Positions 35,361 to 50,400 of a stretch of 64,000 nt of DNA are shown here, one piece after another. How positions within the stretch are numbered: position 1 is the first letter of the stretch; each line of letters opens with the position of its first letter. The position numbers and the translations under genes are program-made. Under the pieces are notes generated by a model. That model was not told the DNA's origin and did no database searches. It worked only from the letters and a program-made list of their open reading frames with translations. The DNA comes from Mobula hypostoma (taxonomy: Eukaryota), in NCBI RefSeq assembly GCF_963921235.1, contig NC_086128.1, positions 15,562,001-15,626,000 on the forward strand, read 5' to 3'.

Positions 35361-37029
35361 AGTCAATTATTAAGGATGAGGTTTCTGGATACTTGGAGGC
35401 ACATGATAAAATAGGCCATAGTCAGCATGGTTTCCTTAAGAGGAAATCTTGCCTGACAAATCTGTTGGAATTCTTTGAGGAAGTAACAAGCAGGATAGAC
35501 AAAGGAGAATCAGTGGATGTTGTGTACTTGGATTTTCTGTAGGCCTTTAACATGGTGCCAAACTTAAGGCTGCTTAACAAGATAAGAGCCCATGGTATTA
35601 CAGGAAAGATACTTGCACGGAGAGAGCATTGGCTAATTGGCAGGAGGCAAAGGGAGCCTTTTCTGATTAGCTCCCAATGACTGCTGGTGTTCCACAGGTG
35701 GCTGTGGAGGCCAAGCAGAGGTTGATTGGTTCATGATTAGTCAGGGCATGAAAGGTTACAGGAGAATGGGGTCGAGAGGGAAGTACATCAGCCATGATGA
35801 AATGGTGGAGCAGATTTCATGGGCCAAATGGCCTAACTCTGCTCTTTTGTCTTATGTCTTATTGACATAGAGGCTGATAGGTTTGTTGGCTACTGCAAAT
35901 TGCTCCTAGAGTTTAGGTGAGTTGTAGACTCTGGGGAGTGTTGTTGGGAAAATAAAACAAGTTAGGATAGGATTAATGATTGGAATGATTGGCCTAGACT
36001 TGATCAACTGAGCTGCACCTCCCCAGTTCTACACTGAAGGCTAAGATAGGGTTATAGGGGATTCAAAGATTTTGAGGATTGGGCAGCAAAGCAGATTAGG
36101 GGCAAAGATCAGATCGGTCACAATTTTATTGAACGAAAGAGTTGTATGATAACAGTCATGGTCCTACTTCTCACATTCTTGTGTTTTTTTTGACAATACT
36201 TATTAAAACTTATTGTTTGCAGCTTCCTTTTAGTCAGTGGAAAAAAATTAAGTGGATTTTGATTTGTTTTGCTAAATGCATCCACCTGGTTATCTGATTT
36301 ATTTGATTTGAATTTATGAGTTCCTCTCGATTGATTGCTACTTACATGAAATTACCCCTTCGTGTAGGTTAATGGCAAAAAGAATCAAAGGGGAATGGAT
36401 GGACACAACTGAGAGAGAGGAGTATGAAGAAATAATGAAAAGAAAGCTGAAGGTAATAGGATTGCTTCCATGGTAGCTGTTAGACCTGATGGAACGAGTG
36501 GCACCATTCTGTGTCATTATAAGTAGAAAACTAAATACATTCATAATCAAGCTTGGCTCTAATCATAAGCAACAGTTGCCATTTACAATCCATATTTGAG
36601 ACACATCCTGCAGATTTGAAACTGGTTTTGAATACGTTGCAATGTGTACCAAGACACAAGTCAAGATCAAGATGATCCCAGGAATTAATAACTAGATATT
36701 GAGAAGGGATTAGCATATGCCTATAAAATGAATTTGGTAGTTTCAGTTCTGGTTATTGTAGTGACCCCATCTGGAAGGCGCACAACTGCAGATGATCACC
36801 ATCCACTCACCATACACTTGACTGATGTGACTCAAATGCATGACTGTGCAGAAATGCAACTGACTTTAAACAAAATCTCAAAAATCACAGCTATCTTCAA
36901 GAGGCAAAATAGAAACCCAAAGCAATATTAGGATGCTCAAATATACAGAATCAGTTGAAGTCAAGAACTTGCATATACACTCGGTGGCCTCTGTATTAGA
37001 TACCTTCATATTGTTGTAGGTCAGATCAA

Positions 37030-37580
37030 AGGTGGTGATGAATCAGGGAGATTGAAAACCTGTCTGAGTGGAGTCATCTCAACAACCTCTTACTCAATGT
37101 CAGCAAGACCAAGGAGCTGATTATTGACTTCAGGAGGAGGAAACCAGAGGTCCATTAGCCGGTCCTCAACAGATGACCTGTCCTGGGCCCAGCACATAAG
37201 TGCAATGAGGAAGAAAGCACATCAGCACCTCTACTTCCTTAGGACTTTGCAAAGATTCGGCATGACATCTAAAACTTTGACAAACTTCTATAGATGTGTA
37301 GAGGAGAGTATATTGACTGGCTGCTTTACAGACTGGAATGTATACACCAATGTTCTCAATATATATTGGTTATTTATTATTATTATTTCTTTATTTTTGT
37401 ATTTGTACAGTTTGCTGTCTTTTGCACAGTGGTTGTATGTCCAAGTTGGTGTGGTCTTCCATTGATTCTATTATGGTTATTATTCTATTATGGATTTATT
37501 GAGTATGCCTGCAAGAAAATGAATCTGAGTTGCATATGGTGACATATATGTACTTTGATAATAAATTTACTTTGAACTTT
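37030..37580 (+). mobile_element. Deleted Rex1/Babar RT fragment with 3' tail
   Basis: DDLSWAQHISAMRKKAHQHLYFLRTLQRFGM..FYRCVEESILTGC. Confidence 0.75.
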
Positions 37581-38229
37581 GTACAGTCAGTTTTTTCAGT
37601 GTTGAGGCGAACAAAGTTATCCACACTGGTTTACGAGCTTGTTGGTTGCAGGGTAATAACTCTTCCTGAACCTAGTGGCATGAGATCTAAGGTTCCTGTA
37701 TCTTCTGCCTGATGGTAGTAGTGAGAAGAGAAGGTGGCCTGAATGGTGGGGGTCCCTGGTGATGGACACTACTGCTAGTAGGCACAAAAGCCAATGGTTC
37801 TTCTTTGACTTTTAAGCTCGCCTTTCATTCTCAAAACAAATATCGACAACACAAAACCTCTTCAGTTCGTTTGGGCAACAAATGTATAGTATATTGGCTT
37901 CAGAAAAGGATACAATTGCAAATTTCCTGAATTCGTAAAGTTTTTGGCTCTGCTGAGCTATGTATGAATTTCTTTGATATAGAATCATAGAAATTTATGG
38001 CACATTTGACCCATTATGTCCATGTAAGTCATTTTTTTTCTTTTTGCTTTTGCATGGTTTGATGTCTTTTGCATATTGGTTGTTTGTCCATCTTGTTAGG
38101 TGCAGTTTTTCATTGATTCTATTGTGTTTCTTTGTATTTACTCTGAATGTCTGCAAGAAAATGGATCTCAGGGTTATATATGGTGACATACAGTGCGTGT
38201 ATCTTGATAATAAATTTGAACTTGGAGGT

Positions 38230-39047
38230 TTGAAGTTTTCTGATGACCCTGCCATAGTTGGATGCATCAGTAAGGGAGAGGAGGCTGAGTACAGGGCTAC
38301 AGTGGGAAACTTTGTCACATGGTGTGAGCAGAATTATCTGCAGCTTAATGTGAGAAAGATTAAGGAGCTGGTGGTAGACCTGAGGAGAGCTAAGGTACCA
38401 GCGACCCCCGTTTCTATCCAGGGGATCAGTGTGGACATGGTGGAGGATTACAAATACCTGGGGGTATGAATTGACAATAAACTGGACTGGTCAAAGAACA
38501 CTGAGGTCCTTTAACATCTGCCGGACGATGCTGAGGATGTTCTACGAGTCTGTGGTGGCCAGTGCGATCATGTTTTTTTGTTGTGTGCTGGGGCAACAGG
38601 CTGAGGGTAGCAAACACCAACAGAATCAACAAACTCATTCCTAAGGCCAGAGATGTTGTGGGGATGGAACTGGACTCTCTGACGGTGGTGTCTGAAAAGA
38701 GGATGCTGTCCAAGTTGCATGCCATCTTGGACAATGTCTCCCATCCACTACATAATGTACTGGTTGGGCACAGGAGTACATTTAGCCAGAGACTCATTCC
38801 ACCGAGATGCAACACAGAGCGTCATAGAAAGTCATTTCTGCCTGTGGCCATCAAACTTTACAACTCCTCCCTTGGAGGGTCAGACACCCTGAACCAGTAG
38901 GCTGGTCCTGGACTTATTTCCTGGCATAATTTACATATTACTATTTAACTATTTATGTTTTTATTACTATTTAATTATTTATGGTGCAACTGTAACGAAA
39001 ACCAATTTCCCCCGGGATCAATAAAGTATGACTATGACTATGACTAT
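38230..39047 (+). mobile_element. Rex1/Babar RT 3' part with (tatgac)n tail
   Basis: KFSDDPAIVGCI..WCEQNYLQLNVRKIKELVVD..YKYLG; TERHRKSFLPVAIKLYNSS. Confidence 0.88.
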
Positions 39048-39460
39048 ATGTCAGAAAAAAGCTCACAGCTTATTTTTTCTAATTGTGTTTTTTTTACTTG
39101 TATAACCTTTTTTGTAATTTATCTTCTCCATGCACCCTTAACATTTTTTTGTAATTTGCAGTAATTTTATGTCTTTGCATTATGCTACTGTCAGAAAACA
39201 ACAAATTTCACATCATATAAGTAAGTCATGAAAATTGTGATTCTGAATTTTCTTAAGAATGTTGCGTTTCTAGTCCTGTGTGCTCCTGATACTGCTACAA
39301 GTGAGTTTTTCATTGCACCTGTGCACACATGTACTTCTGCGTAGGACAATATATTTGACTTTGATGTTCTACAATAACTAGTGGTCCGAGTGAGTGCATC
39401 ACACGCTTTTCTTGTGTACATTTGTGATGCATTCAACAGAAGTTTGTCATTGGAATGAAG

Positions 39461-39466
39461 TTTATT
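39461..39466 (-). terminator. Poly(A) signal of gene C
   Basis: TTTATT on + (AATAAA on -), about 460 nt after the stop codon. Confidence 0.5.
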
Positions 39467-39928
39467 ATATGAAGCAAAGCTGCAAGTTAATATAACATGA
39501 AGCATCAGTGTTTACATTTAATTGACACTCAGATGCAATCATAAGAATTTCGATCAAAGAATAGCCCAGTGAAAATATAATTATCTTTTCATTCTTCCCT
39601 TGATACAATCACTGTAAGTTTTTTACGATTTAATATTCTATTCAGAGAATTTGATGGTCAATTATTTCGGAACATTTTAATTTTTCTGATTCTGACAAAG
39701 ATTATTAATATCCAGTATTACCATAATGACCTGCAGGATGAAATGGCAATGGAATTGATTTAACAATTTTAGCCCAGGAAGATACTGACCACATGTGTAA
39801 CTTACACTAATGAAATGGAGAGAAGAATGAGTTGTCTTGATTATTATAATTAAAAGGAAGTTTCTTTATGTGTGTTGTTACTTCTTATTTGGTACATTGT
39901 GTTTAAAACTGGTCACCATTTGCTGTTT

Positions 39929-41383
39929 TCAATTTGTTTTTCTTTCAACCGCCTGAACTGTTTTCACCATGACTGCTTTCCTTCCAGTTGAGCCACTGGA
40001 GAAATTTTGCATATTCCCTGCGACTTCCTGGTGCTCAGTTGAATAACTTCTGGAATATGATGAACTGGAACTTCCAAAGTCTAGAGGAAATGAAGTAGAA
40101 AAGGTTAATTCATGAATGTTCACAGAGAAATCAAAAGCTATTATAGCTTTATTTTTGTGTAATTTCTCTTCTGCCTCATGTAACTGAATTCCCTTTTCAC
40201 TTTCTTGGCCTGGTCTGACACTTATAAGATAGCCTCCCAGACTCTCAGCCATGTCCCCGGTGGTTAGACACCAGGAGCCACTGAGGGTTTAGAGACACAC
40301 AGCATAACCCAGGTCCTTAGGCCCAACCCATTCAGGCTGACCAAGTTGTATACTTGAGCTGATCCCGTTTCTCCACATTTGGCCCATACCCCTCTTGAGT
40401 TTCCTGTCTGTTTTTTAAACATTGTAATTTTCTCCACCTCTCTCACTTCCTCTGGCAGCTCCTTCCATACACCCACCACCTGTGTGGAAAAGGTCACCCT
40501 TTGGATCCCTTTTAAGTCATTACCCTCACCTTAAACCTCTGCCCTTGAATTTTAGACTCCCTTACTTTGGGATAAAGGCTATGACCATTCACCTTATCTA
40601 TGCTCTTTGTGATTTTATGAAACTCTGGAAGGTCACCCCTTGGCCTTCTATGCTACAGGGAATAAAGTTACAACTTAGAAGAACATTAAGAACATAAGAA
40701 ATAGGAGCAGGAGTAGACCATCTGGCCCGTTAAGCCTGCTCTGCCATTCAATAAGATCATGGCTGATCTGGCCATGGACTCATCTCCACATACCTGCCTT
40801 TCCCCCATATCCCTTAGTTCCCCTACTATGCAGAAATCTATCCAACCTTGTCTTAAATATACTTACTGAGGTAGCCTCCACTGCTTCATTGGGCAAGTGA
40901 ATTCCACAGATTCACCACTCTCTGGGAAAAACAGTTCATCCTCATCTCCGTCCTAAATCTACTCCCCTGAATCTTGAGACTATGTCCCCTAGTTTTAGTC
41001 TCACCTACCAATGGAAACAACTTTCCTACCTCTATCTTATCTATCCTTTTCATAATTTCATGTTTCTATAAGATCTCCTCTCATTCTTCTAAATTCCAGC
41101 AAGTACAGTCCCAGGCGACTCAATCTCTCCTCATAGTCTAACCTTCTCATTTCTGGAATCAACCTGGTGAACCTCCACTGCACTGCCTCCAAAGCCAGTA
41201 TATCCTTCCTCAATAGACAAGAGCTCAAGAGCCAATAGACTGGTCCTGGACTTATTTTCCATCTGGCATAGTTTGCATTTTGGTGTTTGATTGTTGGGGT
41301 TTTTTATATTGCTATACTTAACGCTCTATTCTTGGTTGGTGCGGCTGTAACGAAACCAAATTTCCCTCGGGATTAATAAAATA

Positions 41384-41419
<36 letters not shown>

Positions 41420-44400
41420 AAGTAAGGAGACCAGAACTGCACGCAGTACTCCAGGTGCAGCCTCACCAGTACCCTGTACAGTTGCAGCATAACCTCCCTG
41501 CTCTTAAATTAAAGCCCTCTAGCAATGAAGGTCGATACTCCATTCGTCTTCTTGATAGCCTGCTGCACCTGCAAACCAACCTTCTGTGATTCATGCAGAA
41601 GCACTCCCAAGTCCTTCTGCACAGCAGCATGTTGCAATCTTTTACCATTGAAATAATTATCCAGTCTCACCTTATAAATCAAGCTCTCCAGCTCTGTTAA
41701 CACCTTTATGAATGTTTTTTGCATCGTTTCCAGCTTAATGACATCCTTTCTGTACCCAGAGAACCACCAAGCATGATGAAAAAGAGCTCAGGAGGGGCAA
41801 ATGTGTGTTGTTTCTTTACCTTGCCACCGCCAAGTCTTGGGGACAATGAGTTCATGACGTTGAATGAGTTCTTCCTTATGGCTCAATCCTATGTTGGGTT
41901 TGGCTTGAGTATGAGCTGAATTTTACTACAAAGCAGAACAACTTACCTGATACCATTGGTGTGGTGTTAAGATGAAGAATTGCCTTTGGTTTCTGACCAA
42001 TCCTGTAAACAAAAGTTTATGATGTAAGTAGAGCTTGAAAAACACTGTACAATGTTTAAGAAGCAACATAGTCTCAAAGAATACCCACAACCAAAATTAA
42101 TGTTCTAAACTTCAGCTCAACAAATATCTGCTTTGCAAACCCTACTTTCACATTTCTACTGTTATTCTCAATGTATCCTATTAACTCATCGGTTTAAATA
42201 ACATGCTTGAAGTCTGTTTGGCAAGAAGAATCTTTGACAAGAAGTAGTAATTTCTCTGAACTCCAGTCTACTGGTTCAGAAGAGTAGAACACAAAATCAC
42301 AAGGAGCATAAAAAAGAGCGAGCAACACAGCTCCTCCTGTCTGCTCGGTTATTCAAGAAGATCATCCTCTACTCAACTCGTCACCCTATGCCATTCCTGT
42401 ATCCCTTAAGAATCCAAAAATCTGTCAATCACAGCAAATGGACAACCATCATTTTCTGAAATAATTTACAAAACAGCTCCATAAAGTATCAGAATTTACA
42501 TTATTAAAAGGCATCGATTTTGCCATTTTACTGACAATGAAACTATCGCATTCATTGTGTTACCCAAGGAAAATAACTACAATTTCTAGACTCCTCATTC
42601 ACACTAAAATGCAGAAATTTAGAAGTTAGAAAAATAGAAACATAGAAAGCCTACAGCACGATACAGGCTCTTCGGCCCAAAGGGTTACCCATAGCCCTCT
42701 ATTTTTCTGAGCTCTATGTACCTGTCCAGGAGTCTCTTAAAAGACCCTATCGTATCCGCCTCCACCACCGTCACCGGCAGCCCAATCCACACACTCACCA
42801 CTCTCCGTGTAAAAAACTTACCCCTGACGTCTCCTCTGTACCTACTTCCAAGCACCTCAAAACTGTGCCCTCTCATGCTAGCCATTTCAGCCCTGGGAAA
42901 AGGCCTCTGACTAACCACACGATCAATGCCTCTCATCATCTTGTACACCTCTATCAGGTCACCTCTCATCCTCTATCACTCCAATGAATAAAGGCCGAGT
43001 TCAATCAACCTATTCTCATAAGGCATGCTCCCCAATCCAGGCAATATCCTTGTAAATCTCCTCTGCACCCTTTCAATGGTTTCCACATCCTTCCTGTAGT
43101 GAGGCGACCAGAATTGAGCACAGTACTCCAAGTGGGGTCTGACCAGGGTCCTATATAGCTGTAACATTACCTCTCAGCTCCTAAACTCAGTCCTACAATT
43201 GATGAAGGCCAATGCACCGTATGCTTTCTTAACCACAGAGTCAACCTGCACAGCAGCTTTTAGTGTCCTATGGACTCGGACCCCAAGATCCCTCTGATTC
43301 TACAAACTGCCAAGAGTCTCACCATTAATACGACATTCTGCCATTATATTTGACCTACCAAAATGAACCACCTCACACTTATCTGGGTTGAACTCCATCT
43401 GCCACCACTCAGCCCGGTTTTGCATCCTATCAATGTCCCACTGTGACCTCTGACAGCCCTCCACACTATCCACAACACCCCCAACCTTTGTGTCATCAGC
43501 AAATTTACTAACCCATCCCTCCACTTCCTCATCCAGGTCATTTATAAAAATCATGAAGAGAAAGGGTCCCAGAACAGATCCCTGAGGCACACCACTGGTG
43601 GCCAACCTCCATGCAGAATATGACCCGTCTACAACCACTCTTTGCCTTCTGTGGGAAAGCCAGTTCTGGATCCACAAAGCAATGTCCCCTTGGATCCCAT
43701 GCCTCCTTACTTTCTCAATAAGCCTTGCATGGGGTACCTTATCAAATGCCTTGCTGAAATCCATATACACTACATCTACTGCTTTTCCTTCTGTTGCTGC
43801 CAGTGATTCCTGCTTTTTCCACAGAGGTCACTATTTTCCAAATGTCATTTTCAGATTAAAATGATTAAAACAGTTGTAACAAAAGCATGAAAATCTTATA
43901 TCTTGTTGAATGAAATACAAATGAGTTTTTGATGGCACAGAAGTCCATAATTACTGTTTAATGACCTTCCTGGTAATTAAATTTAATTATAACTATTTGT
44001 GTGGATGGTCATTCCATAAGACCAACTAACCCATCACACCTACTCTGTCATTCCATCATGGCTGATTTATTTTCCCTCTCAACCTCATTCTCCTGCCTTC
44101 TCCCCATAACCTTTGCACCCCTGCTAATTAAGAACCTATCACCCTCTGCTTTAAATATACCCAATGACATGGCCTCCACAACCATCTGTGGCAACGAATT
44201 CCACAGACTCAGCACCATCTGACTAAAGCAATTCCTCCTTATCTCTGTTCTAAAAGGACATTCTTACAATCCAAGGCTGTGCCCTTTGGTCATAGACCTA
44301 ACCACTATTGGAAACATCCTCTCCACGTTCACTCTGTCTAGGCCTTTCGATATTCAGATGGTTTCAATGAGATCACCCCTCACTCTTCTAAACTCTAGTG

Positions 44401-47400
44401 AATACAGGCCTACAGCCATCAAGTGCTCCTCATACATTAACCCTTTCATTCCCAGGATAATTTTCGTAAACCTCCCCTGGACCTTCTCCAATGCCAGCAC
44501 ATTCTTTCTTCGAAACGATGCCCAAAACAGCTCACAATATTTCAAATGTGGTCTTCCCAATGCCTTAAAAAGCCTCAACATTATATCTTTCCCTTTATAT
44601 TCTAGTCCTCTCAAAATGAACGCCAACATTACATTTGCCTTCCGTACTACCAACTCAATCTGCAAGTTAACATTTAGGGAATTCTGCACTGGTACTTACA
44701 AGTCCCTTTGCACCTCTGATTTATGAATTCGCTCCCCATTTAGAAAATAGTCTATGCCTTTATTCCTTCTACCAAAGTGCATGACCATACACTTCTGGAA
44801 TACATTATATTCCATCTGCCACTTTGCCAATTTTACTAGTCTCTCCAATCCTTATGCAGACTCCCTGCTTTCTCAACACTACCTGTTCCTCCACCTATCT
44901 TGTGCCTCAGTTACTTCAAAATTCTACCTTTTTAAAAAATAATTAAATATGATTTGTATTAAAACCAATAACAGCTCTTCTTTTCTTCTATCTTATGTAT
45001 CTGTTCAAACCTTTATTTTATGCATGTAAAACATTTACAATGTGAGTTTACGAATTGTTTCATTTTTACCTCCTGACTTGTTACCCACAAGAATTTTTAA
45101 ATGATTTCAACTGTTCTCCAACTTAACAACACTACTGCATCCAGGCATTTCACCACTATGATACTTCTCTGCAGCTGTCAATAGGAAAGTGGAAATTCCT
45201 TGCCATAGATATTGCTGCTGTCTGTCTTTCTGGGCAACTTCCTTTGTGAGTCAGTTGTCTACATATAAAGGCAAGGCATTTTGTCTTTGTACTGCATTAA
45301 ACTAAATCATAAATATATTATTTATAAACACACTGTGTTGGTTATATAGTTTCTAACAAGGGAGCAATTTCAACAAGCTTTGTTATTGTTAGTCAACTAG
45401 GTTTTGCAGAACCACACCCCCTCCCACTGAATATAAATATCTTGTACCTGGTCTCCTCTCCCTCCAGCATTTTCCTGTAGGTTTGAATTTCAAAATCCAG
45501 AGCAATTTTGACGTTCATTAGTTCCTGGTATTCATGCATTTTCTTGGCTGCTTCCTGCTTGGCCTTGAATATTTCATTATCTTTTTCAGCAATCTTAGCC
45601 TTGACGCTTCTCAAACTTAGCTCTCCTCGTTCTTCAGCTTCAGTGATTGCTGTTTCTAACACAACCCGCTAAATAGATTTTTGTTTTAAAATGCAAATGT
45701 TAGAAAAAATGTTCTTGATCATAAAATGTTTAGCTTGTTAGCCAAAAAGGCAAAGTATATCATGTTTTAATAAACCTTTTGACTTAAAATAAATCCCCAC
45801 ACTTCCCCACCAGCTCAAAGGGTCAATGGACCAAATAGGATATTACTGTTTGAAACGGAATGTGAAGGTTCAAATATCTGATCCCTCATTGTTATTGAAA
45901 TGCTTCATATAAACTGTCAGTGGTGGAAGCTGACCTCTCAAACTTCTTCACCAAGGACTGAATATAAGGTGTTGTTTCTCCAACCTGAGTGTGGCCTCAT
46001 TGCAGCAGTAGAGGAGACCATGGACTGACATGTCAGAATAGGAATGGGAAGTAGAATGGTTACCAGGAGATCCTGCTTTTTCTAGTGGACAGAGGGTAGG
46101 TGCAATGTTTGGCGAGTGGTAAGGGCAGGATGAACCTGATCTCTCCTGTGGTCCATGATCTGGCCCTTCAATAAATATGACATATGATCTCTTTGTGCAC
46201 AAAAGGCTGCAGTTAGTTGACCATCGGAGTTACCATGGAAACTGTTCGACTGCTAGTCACTATCTCTGTTTAGTACTGAAGTTGTCAGCTTCCATGCTTA
46301 GACCAGTAAGGAATCAATGATGTTGAGTTGCACTGATGAGGAGAGAATGAGGCAGACCTCTCATGGGAGGGGATCCACTCCGTATCCAGCACATCGTTCT
46401 CTATAGCCTCCACCATCTCCAACAGAATCCTACCACTTAGGATCACTCTCTACATGACTCTCGTCCACTTGGCCCTCCCCACTGATCTCCCTCCTGTCAC
46501 TTACCCCTGTAGGCACGACACATGCTACAACTGCCCCTACACCTCCCCCTTCACCACCACTCAGGGCCCCAAACGGTCTTTGCAGGTGAGGCCACAATTC
46601 AACTGTGAGTCTGTCGCGGTCATCTTCTGTATCTGCTGCTCCTAGTGAGGCCTCCTCTGCATTGGTGAGACCAGTGCAGTTTGGAGGACCGCTTTGTTGA
46701 GCACCTTCACTCTATCCGCCACAAAAGGCAGGATCTCCTGTTGGCTAACATTTCAATTTGACTTCCCATTCTCATTCTGACGTCTGCCCATGGTACCCTC
46801 TACTATCATGATGAGGTCAAACTCAAGTTCCGTCATATTCCGTCTGGGTAGCCTCCAACCTGATGGCATGAACACCTTTCTCCCCAGCTTCCAGTGATTT
46901 TGATTCCCCTCCTTCCTTCTCTCTTTTTCCATTCCCCAGTCTAGTTACCCTCTCACCATTTCTCTTCTCATCTGCCCATCACCTCCCTCTGGATCCCCTC
47001 CTCCTTCCCCATCTTCCATGGTCCACAATCGTCTCCTATCAGATTCCTTTTTTTTCAGCCCTTCACCTTTTTTACCTATCACCTCCCAGTTTCTTACTTT
47101 CTTACCCACCTTGTCCTATCTATCACCTGCCAGCTTGTACTACGCTCCCTCCCCTCACTTTTTTATTTTAGATTCTGCTCACTTCCTTTCAAGTCCTGAT
47201 GAAGGGTCTCAGCCTGAAACATCGACTGTTTATTCCCCTCCTTAGCTGGAACCTAACTTGCTGAGTTCCTCTAATACTTCGTATGTGTTGGGTCGGGGTA
47301 GAATCTGGGATTATGTATGGGCATGCTCACAGGTAGCCCAGATAAGAGCAAAGTCTACTCCAATCTCTTAAGAAATGCGTACTGAAAATATAAACTTTCC

Positions 47401-50400
47401 AGTGAATTGAACCTGAAGGCTCCCAGATCATAGAAATTCAATTAATTTACTAAATAGACAAATATTGGACAGAATACTCAACTTTAAAATGAGGACTGAA
47501 TTACTTCCCTGGCCAAGACTGTACCTGAAACTGATCTCAACATCCCACCATAAGTATAATCACAGAGATTCAAATTGTCCAGAATCATCCTCCAGAATTT
47601 ATTATGCCAGTTGGGTTAGAGGTTGGCAACAAAATTTTTCTAGTTCTTAAGAATGTTATTAATGTGGCACCATGGGACAGATTACCTTGCCTTGCCTTAC
47701 TTGGCCTCTGGGGCTTCGGTCAGTAAAGTGGTCACAATGTCCTTTTAGGGCGAGGGGTCGACAAAACTGCTTTTGACACAATGTGCACCAATAGGCAGAG
47801 CTGGCTTTGAATGACTTGTGTTTGCTAAAGGCTGCACATACTATTTGATGCTATTCCCATCTGGAGTGGAAATGATTGGATAATTCCCTGTCAATAAACA
47901 ATCAATCTGCTGGAGGAACAATGAATTGATCAGTGTCTATAGGCAGAAAGGAATTGTCTACATTTAGGGTCAGAACTCTGCATTAGGCCAGACGTCAGAA
48001 ATGTTGAGAATTCCTTTCTCTCCTGCTTCCAGGAGTTGCTCAACCCAGTGAGTTTTTCCAGTAGATTGACTGTTGCTTCAGATTTCAGCATCTGCAGTCT
48101 CTTGTGTCTCTCTGTCGAGCAAGCCTATTGACTGCACAGGCATAAGTGATTTGAGATTAATTTTATACAAATCCAGTACTATTGGTGAACAAGAAGAATG
48201 ATAGACTGGTGGCAGTTCCAGAGGGTATTTACCCTGTCTGGCATTAAGAGGGAGGAAAATCAATTAGAAAAGTAGCAGAAAATGTTTGGTAGTGATCAGT
48301 GTTGATGTCATTACCTGGTTCTTAAGGGTTTCTACTTCAGTATTGATTTTTGTGATTCTCCTGACCGTGTCTGTAATGTCACTCTTGAGGACACGCAGTT
48401 CATCATCATACTTTCCAGCAGACTGGGAGAGTTGATTGTACTGAAATGGAAGCAATATCAGAGAAGGGAAAATTGTGAGACAAGAGGGAATCAGACGGTT
48501 GATTTGACCTGTCAGTTATGGAGCTGCAATCAACAGCAACTACCAAATTAATGAAGGAGTGGAGCAGGAGCATAGGAATGCCACCTCCTCCATGTACACC
48601 TGCCAATCACACACATTCCTAACTAGGAATTTCATTACTGCTCCTTCATGGTCCCTGCACCAAAACCCTAACATCCCTCATACAACAGAACTCCTGAGGA
48701 GGAGGTACCATCCTCACAAGGACTGCAGCAACGTAAAGATTTTTTTTCTCACCACCTTCTCAGGAGGCAATTAGAAATAAATACTATACAACAGCCTTAT
48801 CAATAGTGTCCACATCTTTAGAATGAACCCACTGGAAAATAAAATAAAATAAGCGCAATAATTGAGGAGGTTAAGGCCAATCTCATGAGAGGTAACATCA
48901 CAAAGATCTTTGGATATCAGTTATCCAAAATTGGAGTTAAGAAAAGGTTGGAGATTATGCTTGGAAAATCATCTCCACTAACTTCATACCAGATGTATTT
49001 AGCTATTTTTCTTTGCAAATTTTAAGCTCATTTTATAAACATCCCAATGCAGTGGAACAGAACATTTTCCAGCTAGGGGCCCATAATGCATCCCTTTCTT
49101 TCCTTATAAACTGCATTTATTTGTGAATGATGGGCTAACCTCCCAAGACTATATAAATTCACCTGCTTCCCAATTAACTTCTTAAATTACAAGAGATGTA
49201 TTTCTTTACCTTGGATTTGTACACAGCCTGAACCTCGTTACGACCCTTAGATGCCAACAGTTCGTATTGCTCCTTCATGTTAGCAACAAGTTCCTGAAGG
49301 TCCAGCTCACGGTAGTTATTAAGTTCAACAGTGACAGCAACATCCTTGATTTGTGAATGCAGTTCGTGGATTTCCTTAGGTATCATTGAAAGAAAAATAA
49401 ATTCATTAGGCACTTGAAAATAAACAAAATAACTATAATGCCCGGTTGCTGTGGCCAACATGTATCTAAGTAGACGGGCCTTTACATTTAATTGGACTGA
49501 TCTCATTATTTATTTATTTGGGTCAATGTTTCCTCACTAGGCCTATTCGCTGACCCCCTCAGTGTAAGTGCTGACCTTTCAATATTAGATTAAGTCTGAA
49601 GAGGCCTTCTGTACCAAAAGAAAGCTAGGTGAATCTCATTCCTAGGACACATGGAGGATGACCTCTTACTTGAGCTAGCACCAAGCTGAAAATCCCCTCA
49701 GGAACGAAAACAGAAAAAAGTGGAAAATTATGGGAGATTGAGAATCCAGATCCATTCCATGAAAGGAAGCAATGTGCAAGAGAAAAATAGACTGTGCCAT
49801 GTAAAGAAGGCCTCAGTGAAAGTATTTGGAAAGTATTTGAAAACTGAAGCAAATGTTTTTGATTGGTTATTGAGTGATTTGACAAAAAAAGCCTATATAT
49901 GTTTGGATAACTGTTATTATATCGTTATATTATCACTATTTTATTGTTATATAATGCCAGTAAAAACTCTATAATGTTACCTCTTCATAGACCTGTTTCA
50001 GGAAGTCGAGCTCACTGATAAGTCCATCGAGTGAATCCGCAAGCTGATGTTTTGTCAGATATGAATCATCGACCCTCTGAACAAGGACATATTCAATTTT
50101 AGCACAGGAGTGTAAAGATTATTTTTCATTGTATGAAGACAATCATTGAAGAACATACCTTCTTCAAAGTGACAAAATCATTCTCCATCCCTGCACGATT
50201 ATTCATCTCATCTTCATACCTTTTACAAAAGTAAAAGGAATTTTATTTCCCGGAAAATGTGCTAACATCAATCCTACAATAACATGTATTTGAGACACAC
50301 TCTTTTACAAGTTTCTGCCTTGCCATGGGAACTTGAGCTACCACGATTCAGTAGTGTGAGATAGAAGAAAGGATAGCTTGGGATATACATGATTTCAATT

